64,000 nucleotides of DNA. Source: a virus. Taxonomy: Duplodnaviria; Caudoviricetes. The translations under genes and the position numbers were made by a program. Below, piece by piece: positions 36,129-45,509 of this stretch. The notes under the pieces were generated by a model. That model was not told where the DNA came from. It searched no databases and was given only the letters and a program-made list of their open reading frames with translations. Each line of letters starts with the position of its first letter. Within the stretch, counting starts at the first letter, position 1. The stretch lies in IMG/VR virus record IMGVR_UViG_3300008107_000043, positions 1-64,000 of that record. The stretch is one strand, 5' to 3'.

Positions 36129-39100
36129 ATGTTAAACAAACAGACAACTTTAGATCTAAACGGTCCAATTCTATCATTTACTACAAATCCTGTTGGAGCA
36201 GCAACTACTAATGGTGGGTCTGCAACTTTTATAGGTATTGCAACCGCAACATTTCCCATACAAACCCCACCAAATCCTGCAATACCTACTGGATATATTT
36301 CTTACCGATGGTATGATCAAAATGGACCATTAACTGATGGTGCAAATGTAACTGGATCTGCAACTACAACATTAACTATTTCTAATGCAGTTAGTCCAAC
36401 TGATCATAATAGACAATTTTATTTAAATGCGGATTATATACCATCTGCATATGGAGAAAATCCAATTACAGTTGGTACTGCAAGATCAACTGGAAATGCA
36501 ATAAATGACCCAATTGTATCTAGTAGTGCGGTTTTAACGGTCTATCCAATACTATCAGTAACAAGACAACCTGTTAGTAGTACTATTGGACAAAACTCAG
36601 ATACGAGATTTGTTACTGATGCATCAATTACAGATACTAGTCGAGGAAATATTTCTTATCAATGGCAATTAAATGGTTCTGATCTTTCAGACACTCTAAC
36701 TATACAAGGTTCTAAAACAAAAGAACTTTTAATTTCTTTACCAAATATTGGGATTAATACTGTTAGAGCAAAAATTACTCATCCCACTGCTTCAAACTCT
36801 CCATTATATACAAATAATGCCAATCTTGATGTAGTTGCTCCTAGAAAAATTCTTAATGTCGAAGTAATTCGGGATGATAACAGTGCTGAGGCACTATTAT
36901 ATTCTTGGAATATTGTTACTCAAGGTCCATATACAATAAATCCAGACCAAGTACCGCCAGGAAGTATTCTTACATTTTATGCACCAGAACTAAGTATTGA
37001 TGCATATATCGATATGTACGGAACTGCTGGTGCAAATTATGGAACTTTTGTTGGAGGAAGAGGTGGAGTATCTACAATCAGATTAACATTAAATAAAAAT
37101 CAAGAATATGCTGTCACACCTCTTTCTCCAATTAAAAATGGTGGAGGTGTTTTTCTATATAAAAAAGCAAAATTAATTGCTGTTGTTGGTGGGGGAGGAA
37201 ATGCGGGAAAAAATGGTAGTGGTGGTGATGGTGGTGGTGTTAACGTAGCAGGTCAAGATGGTAGTGGTGGTAGTAAAGGTGGAAGTCTAGGAACATTATC
37301 TCCAAATGGTATATTTGGTTCTACTGTTCAATTCGTAACACTTAAATCTGGAGATACTTTAGCAATTGCTCCCAACGGAGGTAGAGTACTGCCCTGCACT
37401 AAAGGAGAATATTGGGCCGCCCAAGGATTTTCTGCTTGTACTGATGTTGGAAATACAAAATATTATACACCTACTGCAGGAGTAAGTACAAATACAGCAA
37501 CAATTACAAGAGGATATAAGCCAGGATATGGAATTACTGGCACTGCAGGACTAGGAATAAATTTTGGAGGCAATGGTGGCAGTGGTGCAACTGGAGGCAA
37601 TGGTGGTAACGGTGGTGGTGGAGGAGGTGGAAGTGGATATAGTGATGGGTCTGTAATAATTACTTCTACGCAACAAGGTGGTAATGCTGGTCTTGGAAAA
37701 GTTGTAATTCGCGAATATGTACCACCGCCACCACCACCACCGCCTCCACCACCACCGCCACCGCCATCTTGTCCTGCTCCATGGACAAAGATCTTAATGT
37801 CTGATGGAACTCTTAAGAATGCTGGTGATTTAGTGGTTGGAGATATTCTCAAAACACAGCATAAAGATACCTTAGAATGGGGAGAGTATCCAATTACATA
37901 TAAAAAAGTAAGTCCTTCAGAAAGATTAAAACTCACTTTTGAAGAGTCTAACTTTACTTGCTCTCCAACTCATAAAATGTATGTTGAGGGTAAAGGTTGG
38001 ATATTAGTTACTGATATGGTAATTGGTGATGTTGTAAGTAACCAAAAATTATTGTCGGTAGAACCTGATGAAAGTGGTGATGTTATTGTTATTGAAGTTG
38101 ATGAGGCATATACTTTTATTGGTGAAGGATTGTTATCTCGTACAGTGAAGATAGAATTAACAGAATCTCCACTGCCAATTTTTAATCAATTTCCAAAGAT
38201 TTTGATGTCAGATGAGACTCAAAAAAATGCTAGAGATTTGAAAGTTGGTGATTTAATTAAAACTCAACATGAACATACTTTAGAATGGGGAGAGTATCCA
38301 ATTACACATAATTCAACATTACAGTCGGAAAGATTAAAACTTACTTTTGATAATGCTAAGGTTATTTTTTCTCCAACTCATAAAATGTATGTTGAAAATA
38401 AAGGTTGGATTAGAGTTTGTGATATGGTAATTGGTGATATTGTAAGTAATCAAAAATTAATAAGTGTGGAGAATGTTGAATATGGTGATGTTGTTTCAAT
38501 TGAAGTTGATGACGCACATACTTTTATTAGTGATGGATTATTATCGCACAATAGAAGAAATTCACCTCCACCACCGCCACCACCATTTACATTACCACGA
38601 ACGCAGCAAGACCCCTTGTTAGCATTTGTGTCACCACCACCTCCTCCACCGCCACCAAAAGCACCGCCACCACCTCCTCCACCGCCACCAAAGCCACCCC
38701 CACCACCGCCGCCACCGCCGCCACCACCTCAGCTGGCACCATCTTGTCCTGCACCCTGGGCAAAGATATTAATGACTGACGGGACCCTTAAGAATGCAGG
38801 TGATCTAAAAGTTGGTGATTTAATAAAAACTCAAGATGAACACACTTTAGAATGGGGTGAATACTCTGTATTAAAAGTTTCTATCGTTCAAGAAGATAGA
38901 TTTAAAATGAAATTTGACCACAAAGATTTGGTCTGCTCAACATCTCATAAAATGTATGTTGAAAATAAAGGTTGGACTAGAGTTTGTGATATGGTAATTG
39001 GGGATATTATAAGTGGACATACCTTACTTGAAATTGATGATTATGAATATGGAGATGTCGTTGCAATTCAAATTAAGGGTGCTCATACTTATATCTGTGA

Positions 39101-39593
39101 AGGATTATTATCTCACAATTTAAAGATAGTTACTCCACCACCTCCTCCACCAGCACAACCTCCTCCACCACCACCATTTACATCCTGTCCTGCTCCATGG
39201 ACAAAGATATTAATGGCAGATGGAACTCAAAAGAATGCTGGAGACCTAAAAGTTGGTGATTTAATCAGAACTCGACATGAGCATACTTTAGAATGGGGTG
39301 AATACTTAATTGATTATGTTAAGCAAGTTGATTCTGAAAGATTGAAAATTATCTTTGATCATGTTGAATTTACTTGCTCACCTACTCACACATTTTATAG
39401 TGAAGAAAATGGTTGGATTTTAGCTTGTAGTTTAAAAATAGGTGATATTATTTCTGGACATACGATTATAAAAATTGAAAGTGCAGAACCTGGAAAGGTT
39501 GTTGCAATTCAAGTTGATGGTGGTCACACCTATATCTCAGAAAACTTATTATCTCACAATAAACTAGTTGCACCCCCACCAACAGTCAAATAA
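36129..39593 (+). CDS. virion-type protein: Ig-like domains, Gly-rich domain, four tandem Hint domains with polyproline linkers
   Basis: ISYRWY/ISYQWQ Ig-like motifs; GGGGGSGY; four copies of KILM.D.T.KNA.DL.VGD...S.(T/S)H...V..I...TY/F...LLS. Confidence 0.85.
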   Translation: MLNKQTTLDLNGPILSFTTNPVGAATTNGGSATFIGIATATFPIQTPPNPAIPTGYISYRWYDQNGPLTDGANVTGSATTTLTISNAVSPTDHNRQFYLNADYIPSAYGENPITVGTARSTGNAINDPIVSSSAVLTVYPILSVTRQPVSSTIGQNSDTRFVTDASITDTSRGNISYQWQLNGSDLSDTLTIQGSKTKELLISLPNIGINTVRAKITHPTASNSPLYTNNANLDVVAPRKILNVEVIRDDNSAEALLYSWNIVTQGPYTINPDQVPPGSILTFYAPELSIDAYIDMYGTAGANYGTFVGGRGGVSTIRLTLNKNQEYAVTPLSPIKNGGGVFLYKKAKLIAVVGGGGNAGKNGSGGDGGGVNVAGQDGSGGSKGGSLGTLSPNGIFGSTVQFVTLKSGDTLAIAPNGGRVLPCTKGEYWAAQGFSACTDVGNTKYYTPTAGVSTNTATITRGYKPGYGITGTAGLGINFGGNGGSGATGGNGGNGGGGGGGSGYSDGSVIITSTQQGGNAGLGKVVIREYVPPPPPPPPPPPPPPPSCPAPWTKILMSDGTLKNAGDLVVGDILKTQHKDTLEWGEYPITYKKVSPSERLKLTFEESNFTCSPTHKMYVEGKGWILVTDMVIGDVVSNQKLLSVEPDESGDVIVIEVDEAYTFIGEGLLSRTVKIELTESPLPIFNQFPKILMSDETQKNARDLKVGDLIKTQHEHTLEWGEYPITHNSTLQSERLKLTFDNAKVIFSPTHKMYVENKGWIRVCDMVIGDIVSNQKLISVENVEYGDVVSIEVDDAHTFISDGLLSHNRRNSPPPPPPPFTLPRTQQDPLLAFVSPPPPPPPPKAPPPPPPPPPKPPPPPPPPPPPPQLAPSCPAPWAKILMTDGTLKNAGDLKVGDLIKTQDEHTLEWGEYSVLKVSIVQEDRFKMKFDHKDLVCSTSHKMYVENKGWTRVCDMVIGDIISGHTLLEIDDYEYGDVVAIQIKGAHTYICEGLLSHNLKIVTPPPPPPAQPPPPPPFTSCPAPWTKILMADGTQKNAGDLKVGDLIRTRHEHTLEWGEYLIDYVKQVDSERLKIIFDHVEFTCSPTHTFYSEENGWILACSLKIGDIISGHTIIKIESAEPGKVVAIQVDGGHTYISENLLSHNKLVAPPPTVK
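37770..38144 (+). other. Hint domain 1 (Cys1 present, ends SRT, no His-Asn)
   Basis: CPAPWTKILMSDG...CSPTH...EGLLSRT. Confidence 0.8.
38178..38552 (+). other. Hint domain 2 (Cys1 lost, ends His-Asn, +1 Arg)
   Basis: IFNQFPKILMSDE...FSPTH...DGLLSHN-R. Confidence 0.8.
38745..39119 (+). other. Hint domain 3 (Cys1 and His-Asn, +1 Leu)
   Basis: CPAPWAKILMTDG...CSTSH...EGLLSHN-L. Confidence 0.85.
39186..39560 (+). other. Hint domain 4 (Cys1 and His-Asn, +1 Lys)
   Basis: CPAPWTKILMADG...CSPTH...ENLLSHN-K. Confidence 0.85.
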
Positions 39594-39597
39594 AAAT

Positions 39598-40167
39598 TCA
39601 ATCGTTATAAACGGGAGCGGCATGTGGATCATAAGTCAAAAAAACGCTTAATGTCTGCCTAACGCCGCTCTCAACTTTTTTAACTCCATGTGTAAATTTT
39701 AAATCTGCTGGATGAACAACTAGCATTCTTGGTTCTGGTTTAACTTCTATATTCAAATTTGGATAATATAGTTCTCCTCCAACAAAAGAACTATTAAAAT
39801 AAAGAACACTTCCGTGCGATCTCCAAGGAGATGCATTTGGAGTAACTCCATCTTGCTCAATATTATCTGCATGTGGAGTAAGTTCTACTTTATTTTCCCA
39901 CCTAACAAATTGTGGATATTCTATAAAAAGTTTTTGGTCAGATATAGAAGTTTTCTCTACAACACTTCTAATTGATACAATTAACTTAATTAATTTTTCT
40001 CTAACTTCTTCTTCCTTAATTGAAGAATAATATATGCATCTTTTGGACCAGTAATCTTCTGAACTTATATGTTGATCATATGAAGATTTATTTTCTTCTA
40101 CCCAGTTTAAAAAATAATCATTTTCTTCTTCTGTAATAAAATTTCTAATTACCAATGGATAAGACAT
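39598..40167 (-). CDS. 2OG-Fe(II) oxygenase, prolyl-4-hydroxylase-like
   Basis: VIRNFITEEE, HADN (HxD), SVLYFNSSFVGGELYY, HGVKKVESGVR. Confidence 0.85.
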   Translation of the reverse strand: MSYPLVIRNFITEEENDYFLNWVEENKSSYDQHISSEDYWSKRCIYYSSIKEEEVREKLIKLIVSIRSVVEKTSISDQKLFIEYPQFVRWENKVELTPHADNIEQDGVTPNASPWRSHGSVLYFNSSFVGGELYYPNLNIEVKPEPRMLVVHPADLKFTHGVKKVESGVRQTLSVFLTYDPHAAPVYND

Positions 40168-40197
40168 AAATGTGAATTTTAAAATTGTTCATATTCG

Positions 40198-40220
40198 TAT
40201 TTATTTCTTTATTATAAATA
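40198..40220. promoter_or_regulatory. back-to-back divergent late promoters
   Basis: ATAAATA on - strand (40204-40198) and TATAAATA on + strand (40213-40220). Confidence 0.65.
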
Positions 40221-40248
40221 CTTAAAATAAGGTTGGCGTTCTCCACCT

Positions 40249-42345
40249 ATGGCAATTAAAAAAGCGTTTGTTATAAAAGACGGATTAGAAGTTAATTCCG
40301 ACGTTCTTATTGTAAGCAGTCAAACTAAAAATGTTGGCATAGGTTCTACTATTCCGAGAGTAGAATTAGATCTACGTGGTAGGTTTATTGCAACAGATTC
40401 TTATCTAACAGGAATCTCAACTGTTATAAACGAATTAAACGTAGGATCAAATGGAACGGTTCTTACAGCATTAGGTAGTGGTTCTGTTGGTGTAGGAACA
40501 GCACTGCCAAACTACTTATTAGATGTTCGTTCTTCAGTCTCTACAGGACAAACAGCACTCTATGTTCAAGGTGATTCAAATATTACTGGAAAGTTGGATA
40601 TTGGGGGTAGTATATCCTTTAGTGGGTTTACTGCACTTAATGCCAATATCACTGGTATTGCAACAATTGGAACAGTACAAATATCTTCAGGTATTGTAAC
40701 TGCTACAAGTACAAGTGGTGTTGTAACTTATTATGGTGATGGTTCTAAACTTACTAATGTTGCTGCTTCTTCTGCTGTCTATGCTATAAATTCTGGTATA
40801 GCAACTTATGCTACCTCTAGTGGTATTTCTAGTACTGCTACTTATGCTACTTCTAGTGGTATTGCTACTTATGCTACCAGAGCAGGAATATCAACTTATG
40901 CTACTAATGCTGGAGTAAGTACCTATGCTACCTCTAGTGGTATAGCAACTTATGCTACTTCTAGTGGTATTTCTACTACTGCAACTTATGCTACCTCTAG
41001 TGGTATAGCAACTTATGCTACTTCTAGTGGTATTGCTACTTATGCTACCAGAGCAGGAGTAAGTACCTATGCAACCTCTAGTGGTATTGCTACTTATGCT
41101 ACCTCTAGTGGTATTTCTTCCACACTTACTGCAACCGCATCAGTTAATACTACTGGCATCATAACAGCATCATCATTCGTTGGAAATGGTTCTGGATTAA
41201 CAAATTTACCAACAGTTTTTAGTGGTATTGCTACATCAGTTATAGGTGGTATTGCATCTGTTACACAATTAAATGTTTCTGGTGTTTCTACATTTACAAA
41301 TGGACCTGTATTAGTCGGAGTAGCAACAGCAACAGGAACTGCATCACAACCACTTCAAGTAACTGGTGGTGCTTATGTAAGTGGTAATCTTGGAGTTGGC
41401 GTCACAAATCCACAAGAAAAACTTCACATTTATGGAGGAAACGTTACTAGTCTTGAGATAACGGCAGATTCTGAACCAAACATTAATTTTAATACCACTG
41501 ATGGTTTAAGAAACGCTACTTTATTCAATTCTTATGGTAGTGTAGGACTTGTTGGATATGGTCCATCATCCAATTATATTTTATATCATAATAATAGCAG
41601 TGGAGTTCTTAACAATCAATACACTTATTTCCAAGTAGCTGGACAGGAGGTATTAAGACTTGTACCCGGTACAGCACTTATTGGTTCTGGAACTTCAACA
41701 GGAACTGCATCACAAAAACTTCAAGTAACTGGTGGCGCTTATGTTTCCGGTAATTTTGGAATTGGGTCCACAAATCCATCTCAACCTCTACACGTTCAAG
41801 GTAATGCAAGAGTTACTGGAGGAATTTATGATTCCAATAATCAAATAGGTACTTCAGGACAAGTTTTACAATCTATTGGAACTGGTATAAGTTGGACAAC
41901 ATTTTCTGGTGGTGCTACATTATCAAATGATACAACTACTAATGCATCATATTATCCAACATTCAGTTCTGCTACTTCTGGTACATATACTACAGCATAT
42001 GTTTCTGATACTAAATGTACATTTAACCCATCAACGGGTACATTATCAGCAACTCAATTTACATCACTATCAGACGCAACTCAAAAAACTAACGTAAGAC
42101 CTATAGAAAATCCAATTGAAATTACAAAACAACTTGATGGAGTTAGGTTTGATTGGATAAATACCAATAAACCTTCACTTGGTCTGATTGCTCAAGAAGT
42201 TGAAAAAGTACTTCCAGAACTCGTTGAAACTAATAGTGATGGTATTAAGTCAGTAAGTTATTCTAATATGGTTGGACTTTTAATTGAAGCAATCAAAGAA
42301 CAACAAATTCGTATTGAAGAACTGGAGAGAAAGTTAAATGTCTAG
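40249..42345 (+). CDS. tail fibre with C-terminal intramolecular chaperone (peptidase S74)
   Basis: VGIGST repeats; SLSDATQKTN...GLIAQEVEKVLPELV...LLIEAIKEQQ. Confidence 0.88.
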   Translation: MAIKKAFVIKDGLEVNSDVLIVSSQTKNVGIGSTIPRVELDLRGRFIATDSYLTGISTVINELNVGSNGTVLTALGSGSVGVGTALPNYLLDVRSSVSTGQTALYVQGDSNITGKLDIGGSISFSGFTALNANITGIATIGTVQISSGIVTATSTSGVVTYYGDGSKLTNVAASSAVYAINSGIATYATSSGISSTATYATSSGIATYATRAGISTYATNAGVSTYATSSGIATYATSSGISTTATYATSSGIATYATSSGIATYATRAGVSTYATSSGIATYATSSGISSTLTATASVNTTGIITASSFVGNGSGLTNLPTVFSGIATSVIGGIASVTQLNVSGVSTFTNGPVLVGVATATGTASQPLQVTGGAYVSGNLGVGVTNPQEKLHIYGGNVTSLEITADSEPNINFNTTDGLRNATLFNSYGSVGLVGYGPSSNYILYHNNSSGVLNNQYTYFQVAGQEVLRLVPGTALIGSGTSTGTASQKLQVTGGAYVSGNFGIGSTNPSQPLHVQGNARVTGGIYDSNNQIGTSGQVLQSIGTGISWTTFSGGATLSNDTTTNASYYPTFSSATSGTYTTAYVSDTKCTFNPSTGTLSATQFTSLSDATQKTNVRPIENPIEITKQLDGVRFDWINTNKPSLGLIAQEVEKVLPELVETNSDGIKSVSYSNMVGLLIEAIKEQQIRIEELERKLNV
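40780..41118 (+). repeat. coding tandem repeat YATSSGIAT, about 12 copies
   Basis: 27-nt units (some 36 nt) such as TATGCTACCTCTAGTGGTATAGCAACT. Confidence 0.9.
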
Positions 42346-43555
42346 ACCCAATCAGTTTTTATCTCCGGAAGGTGATTTGGAAGATTATTTTGTAGATGAA
42401 TATTGGTTAATTGACCAGTATGTTGGTGATACTTTATGGGTTTGGGGTGGAAATAATTCAAATCAATCGGGATCATTGGGAGACAATACATCAGTCTCTA
42501 GATCTACTCCAGTTACTACAATTGCGGGAGGAGCAAACTGGAAATCTGTTGCTGTTGGATATGGACATAAGTTTGGAATTAAAACTGATGGAACTTTGTG
42601 GGGTTGGGGGGCAGATTATGATGCTATGTTGGGGACCAATGCCAGTAATTTGCTTGCAAGATCTACTCCAGTCACCACATTTGCAGGAGGAACCGACTGG
42701 AAACAAGTTTCTTGTGGTTATTATTTTTCTGCAGCGATTAAAACTGATGGAACTCTATGGACTTGGGGAGCTAATACCGCTGGACAACTTGGAATTAATA
42801 GTACAATTAAGAAATGTACTCCAGTCACCACATTCGCAGGAGGAAACAACTGGAAACAACTTTCTTGTGGATATGCAAGAATAGCAGCAATCAAGACTGA
42901 TGGAACTTTGTGGACTTGGGGAGTTGGTAATAGTGGAGAGATGGGAAGTAATACTGCAATAGATAGATCCACTCCAGTTACTACATTCGCGGGAGGAACC
43001 AACTGGAAACAAGTTGCTTGTGGAACTTATCATACTGCAGCAATCAAGACTGATGGAACTCTATGGACTTGGGGAAGTAATTTTGCATCACTAGGAGACA
43101 ATACGGTAATCAATAGATCCACTCCAGTCACTACATTCGCAGGAGGAACCAACTGGAAACAAGTTGCTTGTGGGTTTAGTTATACTGCAGCAATAAAAAC
43201 TGATGGAACTCTATGGGGTTGGGGAAATAATAGTAATGGTCAACTAGGAGACAATACTTCAACCAGTAGATCCACTCCTGTCACCACATTTGTAGGAGGG
43301 ACCAACTGGAAACAAGTTGCTGCTTCCAATAGCAGTTATCATACGGCAGCAATAAAAACTGATGGAACTCTATGGGCTTGGGGTGATAATGGATTTAGTG
43401 GTTCTGGTGGGATGATAGGAGACAACACAATATCCTCTAGACTCACTCCAGTTACAACATTTGCAGGAGGATCAAACTGGAAACAAGTTTTTGTGGGAAG
43501 GTCTCAAACTGCAGCAGTCACATCAGGTACTGATCCCACCTACTTCATCTCATAA
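42338..43555 (+). CDS. RCC1/BLIP-II-like beta-propeller protein 1
   Basis: Seven repeats of TPVTTFAGGTNWKQV.CG..HTAAIKTDGTLW.WG. Confidence 0.9.
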   Translation: MSRPNQFLSPEGDLEDYFVDEYWLIDQYVGDTLWVWGGNNSNQSGSLGDNTSVSRSTPVTTIAGGANWKSVAVGYGHKFGIKTDGTLWGWGADYDAMLGTNASNLLARSTPVTTFAGGTDWKQVSCGYYFSAAIKTDGTLWTWGANTAGQLGINSTIKKCTPVTTFAGGNNWKQLSCGYARIAAIKTDGTLWTWGVGNSGEMGSNTAIDRSTPVTTFAGGTNWKQVACGTYHTAAIKTDGTLWTWGSNFASLGDNTVINRSTPVTTFAGGTNWKQVACGFSYTAAIKTDGTLWGWGNNSNGQLGDNTSTSRSTPVTTFVGGTNWKQVAASNSSYHTAAIKTDGTLWAWGDNGFSGSGGMIGDNTISSRLTPVTTFAGGSNWKQVFVGRSQTAAVTSGTDPTYFIS

Positions 43556-43572
43556 ATAATTAAAAAAGTCAT

Positions 43573-44235
43573 ATGTACGCACTAGTTAATGGTCAAGAAT
43601 TACTTTTAGGACCAATCACATTCAACTACAGAATGATTAATTCAGTTCTTGAAGATGAACTTGAAGTAGATTATAGGGTGACTTCACAAGACTATCAATC
43701 AGTTCCTATTATTTTTAATGAAGAGATTAAAATTCTTCCAGCAAGAAATGAGATTCCAGAGTTTGATCCAAGATTTCAAACAGTATCCCAAACAAGTCAT
43801 ACAATTGCAGATGATGAAGTAGTCTTTGTTTATACTGTTTCCGATAAACCACTTGAGCAAATTAAAGACGAATACAAAGCAGGTGTAAAACCAGAAAGAC
43901 AAAGAAGAGAAAGTACTAGGGTTGAAGTTACTATTAATAATTCTACAATTACAGTAGCAACAGACAGAGAAAATCGTTTAGCACTTACTTCAAAGTACAT
44001 TGCAGGACCTGGACCTCATAACTTTAAGTTTGATAATGGAACTTGGTTAGAAATCACCACAGAAGATTTGCAAACCATTATTCAAGCAGTGGATTCAAAA
44101 GTTCAAGAAGCATATGATTGGGAACTTGCAAAACTTCAAGAGATTGATGCTTGTGAGACTAAAGAATCTGTTTATGAAGTAGAGATTGTTCCACCTGTAG
44201 AAATGCCTGGAGTAGTTCAAAATGCCCAATCCTAA
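43573..44235 (+). CDS. DUF4376-like tail-fibre-associated protein
   Basis: LEQIKDE...R..RE...TDRENR...FKF...W...VQEAYDWE; ATAAATA at 43552-43558. Confidence 0.65.
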   Translation: MYALVNGQELLLGPITFNYRMINSVLEDELEVDYRVTSQDYQSVPIIFNEEIKILPARNEIPEFDPRFQTVSQTSHTIADDEVVFVYTVSDKPLEQIKDEYKAGVKPERQRRESTRVEVTINNSTITVATDRENRLALTSKYIAGPGPHNFKFDNGTWLEITTEDLQTIIQAVDSKVQEAYDWELAKLQEIDACETKESVYEVEIVPPVEMPGVVQNAQS

Positions 44236-45484
44236 TACCAACTTTAAAGATTCTTTTGGTACTGATTTAGGCAATAAACTCATTACCAAAGAATACTTAA
44301 TGACTGTGTATCCACAGATTGCAAATCAGTTGATTACTCCAGAACTTTGGGTTTGGGGATATAGTGGTTTTGGACAATTAGGAAACAATAATTCATTAGT
44401 AAATATATCTACACCAATCACAACAATAGCAGGAGGAGCAAACTGGAAACAAGTTTCTTGTGGATATCGGCATACGGCAGCAATCAAAACTGATGGAACT
44501 TTGTGGACTTGGGGATTTTCCAATAGTAATAATAAAGGTTCTGTAGTTGTTGTAGGAACACTTGGTATAAATGACACAACTACATTTATTAGATCCACTC
44601 CAGTTACTACATTTGCAGGAGGAACCAACTGGAAACAAGTTTCTTGTGGAGGTAATTTTACAGCAGCAATCAAAACTGATGGAACCTTATGGACTTGGGG
44701 AAATAATAGTAATGGACAACTAGGAGACAATACAGGAACCAATAGACTTACTCCAGTCACAACATTTGCAGGTGGAACCAACTGGAAACAAGTTGCTGGG
44801 GGGGGATACAGTACAGCAGCAATCAAGACTGATGGAACACTATGGACTTGGGGATATGGTGCATTTGGGCAACTAGGAGACAATACAACTACATTTATTA
44901 AATCCACTCCAGTCACAACATTCGCAGGAGGAACCAACTGGAAACAAGTTTCTTGTGGACAATATCATACAGCAGCAATCAAAACTGATGGAACTTTGTG
45001 GGGTTGGGGTGAGCCTGGTGGAGGGAGACTTGGAGATAATACAAATCTAACAAGTAAACTTACTCCAGTCACAACATTTGCAGGAGGAACTAACTGGAAA
45101 CAAGTTTCTGGTGGAAATAATCATACCGCAGCAATCAAGACTGATGGAACCTTATGGACTTGGGGTAGTAATACTTCAGCAGGAGTACTTGGGATTAATA
45201 GTTCAAATGCCGCTCTTAATATATCTACTCCTGTTACTACATTCGCAGGAGGAACCAACTGGAAACAAGTTGCTTGTGTATCCGGTACTATAAATGCAAT
45301 CAAAACTGATGGAACTTTATGGATTTGGGGATCTAATAATCTTGGACAACTAGGAGATAATACAATAATCTCCAGATCCACTCCAGTCACAACATTCGCT
45401 GGAGGGACCAATTGGAAACAAGTTTCTGCTGGACCTAATTATACTGCAGCAATCAAAACTTCAGATGATTTGCAAGGTATCTAA
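44222..45484 (+). CDS. RCC1/BLIP-II-like beta-propeller protein 2
   Basis: Seven repeats of the same unit. Confidence 0.9.
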   Translation: MPNPNTNFKDSFGTDLGNKLITKEYLMTVYPQIANQLITPELWVWGYSGFGQLGNNNSLVNISTPITTIAGGANWKQVSCGYRHTAAIKTDGTLWTWGFSNSNNKGSVVVVGTLGINDTTTFIRSTPVTTFAGGTNWKQVSCGGNFTAAIKTDGTLWTWGNNSNGQLGDNTGTNRLTPVTTFAGGTNWKQVAGGGYSTAAIKTDGTLWTWGYGAFGQLGDNTTTFIKSTPVTTFAGGTNWKQVSCGQYHTAAIKTDGTLWGWGEPGGGRLGDNTNLTSKLTPVTTFAGGTNWKQVSGGNNHTAAIKTDGTLWTWGSNTSAGVLGINSSNAALNISTPVTTFAGGTNWKQVACVSGTINAIKTDGTLWIWGSNNLGQLGDNTIISRSTPVTTFAGGTNWKQVSAGPNYTAAIKTSDDLQGI

Positions 45485-45509
45485 ATACCTTCAAATACAT
45501 TATTCTTAT

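Noticed and set aside
37463-37936. Minus-strand poly-Gly/poly-Pro ORF
   Set aside because: Antisense shadow of the Gly-rich and Pro-rich codons of 36129-39593
37770-39560. Canonical mobile inteins
   Set aside because: No homing endonuclease, no Cys/Ser/Thr at +1 after His-Asn, and not inserted in a conserved enzyme; treated as BIL-like Hint domains
44326-45411. Minus-strand repeat ORFs (MVPPANVVTG...)
   Set aside because: Antisense shadows of RCC1 repeats; same for 42721-43002
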